A stretch of 64,000 nucleotides of DNA from Eledone cirrhosa. Taxonomy: Eukaryota. Below are positions 54,197 to 64,000 of the stretch, one piece after another (positions within the stretch are counted from its first letter, which is position 1; every line of letters begins with the position of its first letter). The notes under the pieces are model-generated. The model worked only from the letters and a program-made list of their open reading frames with translations, had not been told where the DNA came from and did no database searches. The stretch covers positions 341,186,001 to 341,250,000 of the forward strand of contig OZ024740.1 in the NCBI GenBank assembly GCA_964016885.1, written 5' to 3'. The position numbers and the translations under genes were made by a program.

Positions 54197-56060
54197 ACAC
54201 ACACACACATGCGTGTGTATGTACCAACACTCATGGTGTATTATTAAAGTTGATAGTTTTTAATGCAGCTTTTGTTGTGATTTTTTGTGGGGGGTTTTCT
54301 TCCTACTTGAAAATACATTTATATTCCGGGCTCATGGACCCTCACCCCCTAGACATGATAAAATAGAAATAAAAGTGATTGAGAAAAAATAAGATTTGAA
54401 CCTATGGTGTCAAACTTTGATCTTGCAGGGATAGCTGTTTGTTAAATTCATATTTGATAGTTGACAAAGTTGTCCAATACTGACAAGAGACAAAGTACTT
54501 AAGTGAAATAAAGATTCTACTAAAATGTGTCTTTTTGACCTATTAGCAGTAGAAGTTGATCAGCACAAGTGAATTTTTCTATCCCTTTGAAAGTTAATTT
54601 AACTTTGTTTTGGTGTTGTTATGGTGTATAAAATTAAAGTTGTTTTTTCTTCACACTATATAATGCCTAGTTCTTGTATTTAATTGTTTTGAGGAAACTT
54701 TTTAGGAGTATTGTGTGAATAAATATTTATGGATTTAGATATTATTAGCAATGCAGATTTTCTTTTTCTTTTAAATCTGTATTATTGATGTCTTCTAAAC
54801 TCAATAAATTATATTTACAGTGCTTCTAAAAGGTTTCTTTAAAATCAATCAAATATATCAATTGTTGTTATTTGGCTGAAAATCAATAATATAATAGTAA
54901 AATGGAGAGATCCTAGCTAGGGTTGTTACAGAAATGTTTTTGATCAGAGACTAGGTTAGGAATGAACGTGCAGTCAATAACAAATTGAAATCTCTGGTAT
55001 GTGTCTTCAGTAGTAAAATTCAGTGTTTTATGTAATAGTATAATTTCTGTGAACAATAGAATCTTAAAAGTTATAACCATTTGCTATCTTCAAATGTTTA
55101 TGGTATTTCCTATTTCACAAATCACTTCAAATTATGTCTAAATCTCTCATTATTTTCTCTGAGTTCAGGGATTCCCAACTTTTTTTTATTTTGTTTAGCA
55201 CATAGTACCCTTTAGAAAATAAATTTACACCCCCCTATTTTGTTTAGTAATTTGAACTTCCGTCTCTACCATAATAACAATAATAGCACAAAACAACCTT
55301 ATTTCACTTATGAACAACTAATAATAAACAGATACTGGTACTAAAGCCAAATACAGTCAGTTAATATATATATACATGGATGAGATTCATCCTGATAATC
55401 AAACCTAAAACCATAGAAAGAAAAGAAATTAGTATCTTAATAAACAAAATAGGCCTACTTCAGATTTTCTTATCAACTTCAAATTGATTTTAATTATTAC
55501 TGTTAAAATAATGTAGCCCTGACTTACAATATTTGTTTTTATTTTGAAATTTGAAACCATTATGTTTTTGCGATATGTTTTCACTTGTCTTTGATTTGGC
55601 TACATTGACTATGTGGGCAGACATTTGATATTGTAGCCCCACCCCCTATTCTCACTGCTTTTCTCAATGATCCTTTGTTGTGCTATTTATCTATTTTGTC
55701 AGTCAAACCAGACCAATGAGTCAACACCATAGATTTCAAGTTTCCTGTCTATTTCAATATACTTCTTAGAAATAGCTTTAAAAAATGAATGGAACAACAG
55801 CACCCAAACAAACAATACTGACCTAAGAGAAATATAAATAAATAAATAAATACACTAGCACAATAACAACAAACACATAAACACACACTAGTAAACTAAG
55901 ATAGAATGCAATAACCAAAACACAGTCACCAAAACGCGAACACACATTATACACATATGCAAATGCATGTGCAGAGAAGTTGACAAAAATAAATAAATAA
56001 ATAAACAGATTAAATAAAGGTGGCGTAAATATACAATACAACAGGAGAAAACATAATAGC

Positions 56061-56102
56061 ACCACTGACGATGTTGCAGATGTGCAACGAAAGAACTTTG
56101 TT
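56061..56102 (+). ncRNA. Minimal hammerhead ribozyme motif (slightly decayed)
   Basis: acca-CTGACGAT-gttgc-agatgt-gcaac-GAAA-gaac-TT-tgtt; perfect stem II; lies upstream of a family C-like tail (56270-56350). Confidence 0.65.
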
Positions 56103-56784
56103 AGACTATATATATGTGTTTGTGACTATATTATATCTGTATTTTTGACCATTGGTCAGTCAATGGTAAACATTGAGGACCGAATAAATTAACTGATATA
56201 AAAGATACAGAAGCGAAAACCAACCAAACAGTGAGTGTGTTCTGTTATTAATTCTGGCAATATTATTACAACAATATGACCCTCTCCAAGTATAACAATA
56301 TTTGTTACGACACGATTTCATATCAAAAACCTTGCAAAACAAATTCATCGCTTTTTATTTTTTTTTATTTTGAAACTCTTCAGACCTTTCATAAAATGAC
56401 TAATGGTTTTGAAAAAATATGTTTGCTATCATTACATTAGAATAATATATTGTTGTTTAGCTGGTAAAGGATTGAATTTAGAAACAAGAGAATCAAATTT
56501 GATCTCAGCAGAGAGAGTAGCTCGGTTTAGAGGTCAACTATAGACTAATAGTTAACTCTTCTCATACCAAAACCTCTGAAACCACCTTTGGTTCTATGAT
56601 TCAAAACTTTGTTATATTAATGTGAAAACCTATTGCAATTTTATGTAAGAACCTTTAAGTAACTTACCCTCCACCTCTTAGTCCCAGCTGACAGGATGGA
56701 GAATACATTACCCCAGAGGATGGTGAGGGAGACACTCTAGAACAGCCAGTCCACCTTGTGGGGCTTGCACCTGCAGGCAGTCAC

Positions 56785-57096
56785 TTAGTAAAATAATTAA
56801 CTTTATCATTATCAAGTTGAAGTCTAACACCTACAGGCAGCCAATACTGCTCCGATAGCAGTGAGTAGAGATGTGGTCCAGGAGCCAAAAATGCTAGAGG
56901 TCTCCACTGCTACAGGCTGTACCACAAACTTATCAGAGAACAGCTGGCTCTTTGTTAGGTTTGTGGTAGAGCAGTGGAGATTTCTGGCATTCTTGGCCCC
57001 TGGACCACATCCCTGCTCGCTGCTATCAGAGCAGTATTGGCTGCCTGTAGGTGTTAGACTTCAACTTGATAATGATAAAGTTAATTATTTTACTAA
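56785..57096. repeat. ~310-bp inverted repeat inside a TTAA-type MITE
   Basis: Outer ~65 bp of the arms pair perfectly; inner part differs mostly by transitions. Confidence 0.9.
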
Positions 57097-57929
57097 ATCC
57101 CTCCAAATTCTTGATTATTTTCAAATTTATTTGAAAATAATAGATAGTATTTTACATTAGAAATATGGTAATGAAAGGGTTGAATTCATCATAGATTTGC
57201 ACACCTTCATAAAATTACGCGTATATAAAATGATTAATACATTTTTTTCTTTTTCTTTCAGACTGACTTATAATGTTTCCTCTAAACAGCTTCTTCCTTT
57301 GACAACTTTTTTCTTTCTCAGTGTTATTAATGATATTCTTTTACTGGTTTCAGTCATTAGACTGCAGCCATGTTAGGGCACTGTCTTAAAAAATATCGAT
57401 GCATTGGCTGGGGATACTTTTGCTTTTTTTTTTCTTTATATATGTATCGTATGTACAATTTGAAGCTGTTCAAATTTGATATATCTTTGTTTCTCAAATT
57501 TTCATTCTTCAGAAAATTATTTTCATCAGTTGTTGTTTACCTGTTTTTAATTAGAATTTAAAAAAAAGAAAGTAATTTTGTTCTATTTTCAGATATTTGC
57601 TATTTAGTTTTCTGAAAGTTTTTCAAAACCAGAAAGATATTCATTTGAATTTTCATGTTTAGCAAAGTTATACGTTCACTATAATGTCTTTAAAGTAATG
57701 TTCTTATTAGTTGTGACTCATATCTGTTATTGTTTGTGCTCTAAAGTATATCAATCCTACAAAATATCTGATACTGCCACAGAAAGCAGAAACATAACTC
57801 CCTCATGAATCCGTATGTTTAGTCATATACCTACTGCTGACAGTACACATGCGGCATACACTTTCACCTTGGTCTATATATATATGTGTGTGTGTGTGTG
57901 TCAGGATTTTACAGGTTTAAACTAGTAAG

Positions 57930-58050
57930 AGTACTCTATACTTGGAATAGTGGAGAGTCGGGGCCCAACGGCTGAGCTCTAGCCATTTTAACAGCAAATT
58001 CCAGCCTGGAGATTTATCTCTCTGCTGTGAATAAGCATTCTCATCAGGGG
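57930..58050 (-). ncRNA. Unfolded family A relative carrying a complete but decayed hammerhead
   Basis: ccc-CTGATGA-gaatgcttattc...gaatttgctgtt-AAAA-tggct-agagctc-agcc-GTT-ggg; tail gtactctatactt matches family A. Confidence 0.6.
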
Positions 58051-58339
58051 TGTGGCCTGAGATGATTGAGGTGTAGAGTAAGAGGAGCTATGGTTGGTAG
58101 CCTTTTCAAGGCCATTGTATTTATTTTTGAACTTCCGGGAATTAGCTGTGTATGTGTGTATGTTTTATTGTCTAAGCATTGGAGTGGTGAATGATTGTAA
58201 AGACCAAGAAGAATGTATGTTTTTGCTGAGTTCCTTCAAATTATTTGTGTGTTTATGTGTGGCTGTCACTGTCTACCTGTACTGGTGCATTAGAGAGGTC
58301 AGAAGTTTTAACATGTCCACATGCATAGGCACCTGCACA

Positions 58340-58786
58340 CATCCAGTTGCACGCTCCCACACATATCTTGTTTGCACGTTGGTTTTTACCGTATTCCGCT
58401 TATAATGTCTATAAATTTATCTATTTTCTCTTTGCCATCCATAGACTTCGAGACTTTTCTACTTGCCTCGAACATGAGGCTACCTCACTCCCCATTCTCT
58501 CTCTCTCTCTCTCTCCCTCATTCTACATATCTCTTGCATTATATTTCCCCACTTATTTTTCTCGCATTCATTCTGCAAACTACGAGACAAGCACATTGGT
58601 TTTTACTATATTCCGCCTATAATGTCTGTATAAATTCATCAATTTTTCTTTGCCGCCCCATCTAGACTTACTCATCTATCACATTTTCTCTCCCCCACCC
58701 CCACACACACCACCATAGACTTACTGACCAATCAAACCACAACATACCTCCATCCATCACCCGCGGCAACAAATGCTACTACTAGT
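58340..58786 (+). mobile_element. Possible non-autonomous Helitron fragment
   Basis: Ends cccgcggcaac...ctactaCTAG|t; internal ~75-bp direct repeat; terminal hairpin incomplete. Confidence 0.3.
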
Positions 58787-58899
58787 TATCTTTCTTAACC
58801 ATTCTCCTCTCGAGAAATCTGTCTATCGTTGTCTATGGATGAGCTGAAGATGATGAACAACTTGGGATGAATATGAACCCACGTTTCCAGGCAACCATG

Positions 58900-61800
58900 C
58901 GAATCCTTAATTCAGATACAGAAAACATACACCCACCTCCTACTCCGCAAAAACCCACCCTCCCCTATTGATGTCAACTCCCAAAATTCTAAATAGGGAC
59001 CATCAATGTGAGCACAATGAAAGGAAGAACGGGAGAAATTATAGAGATGTTAGAGCGAAAGGAAATTGATGTATGTTGTGTACAAGAGACTAGATGGAGA
59101 AGAGGGTCTGCTAGGCTCCTCGTTGCTCAAAAACTGCTACAAATTTTTCTGGGAGGGAATGGCAACAGGTTGGGTGGTGTAGGTATACTACTAGCTGACA
59201 AATGGGTAGATAAGGTAATCTCAGTGAACAGAGTAAACGCGAGAATCATTAAACTCAGACTAGTCCTAAATAAAACAATAGCTACAATTATATCCGCTTA
59301 CGCACCCCAATCTGGGTTGCCAGACGAACTCAAGGATAGGTTTTTCAAGTCCTAATGCACACTACCACTCTAACAAATGACAATGACTCCCTACTTATTG
59401 CAGGGGACTTTAATGGACACGTTGGGAAACATAGTGATGGCTTCTACAGAGTCCATAGAGGCTACGGGTTTGGCGTAAGAAATGAAGGTTACAGGCTTCT
59501 AGAATTCTGCGACATCGATGACCTGTTGATATGTAACACAAACTTCAAAAAGCCCAACAACCACCTGATCGCCTATAGATCCGGGGAGCTTACTAGCCAG
59601 ATAGATGTTATCCTAACCAGAGGACGAGATAGATGGATGGTTGTAAACATGAAAGCCTTCCCGGGTGAGGAATATACTTCCCAACACAGCCTAGTAGTCA
59701 GCGACCTCACTGTCAGAGCTAGACGAACTTTGAAATAAAAGGCAACCTGGAGAAGAAAGATCTGGAAGCTGAAAGATCCCTCAGCCAGTAACAAATTCAG
59801 AGATATTTTACTTGATGCCTATGACAGTAAAGAACAGATAGAGACATTCAATGTAGAAGAGCACTGAGAGTTCCTAAAAAATAACATACTAAAATTGGCA
59901 AACGAGATCTGTGGTTGGGGAAAACTACAGGGAGAAAGAGAATGACTTGGTGGTGGAACAGTAAGATAGATGAAGCAATTAAGGCCAAGAGACAGGAATG
60001 GAAACAATGGAAGAATGAGGGAAGCAGGATACTTTACATAGAGACCAGGAGGGAAGCTAGGCGACAAGTATACTTAGCTAGAAGGGAAACGGAGGATAAA
60101 TAATTCAAGCATGTTTTGCAGCGTGAGGACCAGAAACAGGTGTTAAGGATTATGAGACAGTGTGTTTAGTGAAAATTGCGATGTCATCGGTGAGAAGTGT
60201 GTCCAGGATGATAAAGGTGCACTTACCCTCACAGATGCTGAAAAGAAAGAAGCATGGAAGAGCCATTATGAAAGATTACTGAATGAAGAGAATGCATGGG
60301 AGAAAGAGACCCTACCCCAAGCAGACCCTAAAGAGGGCCCAGCAGTACAAGTCAATAGCAGTGTAGTTAGTAAGGCAATTAAGGATATGAAAACTGGAAA
60401 AGCAGTCGGTCCATCGGGAATAGTTGCTGAAAGCATCTGGGTCAGTAGGACACACCATAACCGCACGTATTGTAAACCAAGTAATACTAGATGGCATCAT
60501 ACCATATGAGTAGTGCAGCAGCATCATTGTCAATTGCTATAAGGGTAAAGGGGATGTGCTAGATAGAGGTAACTATAGAGGTATAAACTGATGGACCAGC
60601 TAATCAAAGTAACAGAAAGAGTCATTGCACAGTTGATTGGGGACAGGATAAATCTAGATGAGATGCAGTTTGGATTTGTGCCAGGCAAAAGCACCACTGG
60701 GGCCCTCTTTCTTGTGAAACAGTTACAGGAAAAGTACCTAGTTAAAAGTAAGCCTCTCTACTTAGCATTTGTTGATCTGGAGAAAGCTTTTGACAGAGTA
60801 CCCTATGACAAAATTTGGTTGGGCTCTTAGAAAACTAGGAATAGATGAGTGGCTTGTGAAGGCTGTACAAGCCATGTATAGAGGAACAGCCAGCAAAGTT
60901 GGGATTAACAATGACTATAGCGAGGAATGTACCAGGCTCTGTCCTTAGCCCGCTCCTGTTTATTATCGTTTCACAGGCTATAACAGAGGAGTTTAAGACC
61001 GGCTGTCCATGGGAACTTTTGTACGCGGATGATCTTACGCTCATAGCTGAATCCATGGTGGAACTAGAGAAGAAATTCCAAACTTGGAAGCAGGGCCTAG
61101 AAAGAAGGGGTCTTAAAGTCAAACCTGACAAAGACTAAGGTTCTAGTAAGTAGAAGAGAAAACAGAATCCAGATCCCCTCAGGGACCTACTACCACTGCT
61201 GATTACAAAAGGCTTCTCCCTTAGAATGAAAGGCAGACTTTATGATGCGTGCGTATATACAGCTATGTTGCATGGTAGGGAGAATTGGGCGCTGTGTGCA
61301 GAGGACTTGAGTAGATTGGAAAGAAATGAAGCCTGCATGCTCCGATGGCTGTGTAATAGTAATATACGAGAACAGCGAAGCATAAATGAACTGAGAGAGA
61401 AACTAGGCATAAGAGGAATGAAATGCTGTGTGCAGGAGAGGAGATTGCGTTGGTATGGACATATGTTGTATTTGAAGGATGACAGCTGCATAAACAAGTG
61501 CAGAGTGCTTAAAGTCATTGGAAGCCTTGGGATGAGGTGATAAAAGCCGACCTTACCTAATTGCACCTCTCAAAGGCGATGACGCATGACCGGGATCTCT
61601 GGCGATATGCAGTAATAGAGAAGACCTAACTTCCCACGAGCACAAGCTGAAGCATATGTACACTATGCCCCCCAGCCCACACTGTTAAGTGGACATGTAA
61701 AAGACACGGCAAATAGCACCCAATCCACACTATAAAGTGGACATGTAAAAGACACTGCAAAAAGCCCACACTGTCAATGTGGTTGGCGTTAGGAAGGGCA

Positions 61801-61941
61801 TGCAGCCGTAGAAAACCAGCCAGAAACACCCCTATATGAGCAAGACACAGTGACCCGACCCAACTTGCCTCTAAATGAGACCCGTCTAACCCATGCAAGC
61901 GTGGGAGATAGACATTAATCGATGATGATGATGATGATGAT
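58900..61941 (+). mobile_element. RTE LINE, near full-length, many stops and deletions
   Basis: EN (QET, AYAPQ, GDFN), RT ([13 protein letters not shown]), (GAT)n tail; PHD region deleted at 61181. Confidence 0.95.
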
Positions 61942-62860
61942 ACTTACATACTCTGACACATGTCGACTGAGTCACTGATGTATTATTTATTTGTTTTATC
62001 AATTGTTCACAAGCCTGTTTGTCAATATTATTATTGTTTTTTGTTGGTATGTGTGTGTGATGGTTGTTATGTTGCAGGTGTGTAGGAATGATAATATTGT
62101 GCTGATAGACATTTGTGTTTTTGTTTTTCTGGTGTAGTGTGTATTCCTCAACATATAGCCAGTTCCTCAGGCAGGTCAAAATAACTGAATGTGTGTGTGT
62201 GTTGAAGAAGATAATGTATATTAAACAAAATTTGGACCTTGTTATTTTCAGATGCTACAGCAGTTGAATTGGATTTTTCACCTATTGTAGTAGACTAGAC
62301 CATGATTTGGACAAACATATCTGATAAATTTTATGTAAAGAGAAAATATTTTTTACAATTGCAATTCTATTTAATTATATTATTAAATCTCGATATTTGG
62401 TTTTCACAATGAATTAATCTTCCTGTATTTGAATTTGTTGATAATGTAAGAGTTTTACAATACCATGCCAGCTCCCTCTACCTTGAATTGTTTTACCTAA
62501 TCTGGTGGCCTTCTTAATCTTGTTTTATTCTCAATTAAACCATTTCTACCTTCTGTTACAGTGGACTTTTTTTTTGTTTTATCTTGGAAAACGGCTTCTA
62601 TTTCTGGTTTGATGTTTTGATCAACACAAGTTTTAATTTGATGTATATTAATCTTTACAAAGGTCTATGATATTGGATACTGCAGATATTAACCTAATTC
62701 TGCTTTTAATTGCCCTGATTGATTGCTCTTTATCAAACTATCAATGACCACTTGGGTTTGTTTTTATTTTAACATCCATTGTATTGTCGTATCTATTGCT
62801 GAGGTTGTTCTTATGTTTTTTATTTCTTCTACCAAAATATTCCTCCATCTTACAACACGC

Positions 62861-62901
<41 letters not shown>

Positions 62902-63279
62902 GTGTATATAAATATATATATTATATTATATATTTTATATATATATGTATATATATTACAGACTTGCACCCCCCCCCCCGGTTTGAACTCCCCACCCCTC
63001 TTCCTTTAGCCTTCAACTGACTCCCCCTACCCATCCTCCTTTCCCCCTAACAAACACCACCAACCTCTACCCACACCTCACCACTCTACTAATACTTCTA
63101 CTACTACACCACCCTTTCCTTCAACATTACCAATCTTCACAAAAACACACGCACTTACACCCTGAACACACACATACACCAATATATACACCCATTCACA
63201 CCAACTTTACCTCTTCACATGTCCACCACACCTTCTGCATACACATACATGCATACATACACACATGCCACTTTCACCC

Positions 63280-63714
63280 ACACACACGGGGCGGACGGAA
63301 GCCCCGTAAGCCATAGTGTAGGCAACCTGTCTAGGAGAGCTACCACTCCGAAAAGATTGGTGCTGGGTAGAGAAGTCCCCTAAGTCCAGTAAGACAACTT
63401 CCCTAGTGCTGGTGGCACGAATAAAAGCACCCGGTCCATGCTGTAAAGTGGTGCTGGTGTTAGGAAGGGCATCCAACCAGTATATATACTACTGCCAAAA
63501 ACTATGAGCACAACAAATGAGAATTGCAACAACTGCGTAAACAGCAATAACACTAACCATGTTAGGGCTGCACATGGTAGTGGGGTGGCTAGTGTGGCCA
63601 CGTGCGACAACCCCCCCCCCCCCCCCCGACTGTCGTCAAGCAATTGCACAACAAGAATATGAACCGTCCTACCTTTGCAAGCAGGAAAAAGCGGACATAA
63701 AATGATGATGATGC
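63280..63714 (+). mobile_element. Short RTE-related retroposon (5'UTR-like head, shared core, (GAT)n tail)
   Basis: ggcaacctgtctaggag head motif; tgtaaagtggtgctggtgttaggaagggcatcc core; ggacataaaatgatgatgatg tail. Confidence 0.55.
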
Positions 63715-64000
63715 CACCTGCCTGTCTACACAGCTACTAACCTCACACACACACACACACACACTCAGCAATACTACTAGCCTTTCACTCACCAGTCCTG
63801 TTCTGCAGGCTCCACCTCCTCCCCTCCCTCTCATACATTGCCCTGCCATCATCACCCTCACTACCCTCTCCTCCCACTCCTTTGACTTGACCATCTTGAC
63901 CTCTTCCTGCTGCGCGCACCACGATAACATTCCACTTCCTCATCGCCATATTTCAACTCAAGAAGAATGAATTTACCACATGGATATCCACGCGATTTTA

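Noticed and set aside
57250-62300. Candidate splice acceptors (ttttcag at ~57255, ~57586, ~62245) suggesting host exons
   Set aside because: Expected by chance in T-rich DNA; no coding signal or matched donors.

Overview
This is an AT-rich, gene-free, repeat-saturated animal window; the repeat repertoire suggests a cephalopod (Octopus-like), which is an inference. No host protein-coding gene can be supported, and almost all long ORFs are artefacts of (TA)n/(TATG)n tracts. It holds at least 8 RTE-clade LINE copies (several with a PHD-type C4HC3 finger inside the RT), a young GC-rich L1/Tx1 LINE, a mariner split by an RTE, Penelope-like element (PLE) RT and GIY-YIG remnants, CR1 remnants, tRNA-SINEs, TTAA-flanked MITEs and a ~9 kb strand-polarised TA tract. 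The most notable signal is a set of short fold-back elements from several unrelated families sitting in (TA)n tracts. Each is a long inverted repeat plus a ~40-100 bp one-sided tail, and several carry type-I hammerhead ribozyme motifs, in two families on both strands. One family occurs twice as exact flip/flop isomers of its hairpin loop; another folds back exactly on ribozyme helix II. All calls come from reading the sequence by eye, and boundaries of degenerate elements are approximate.
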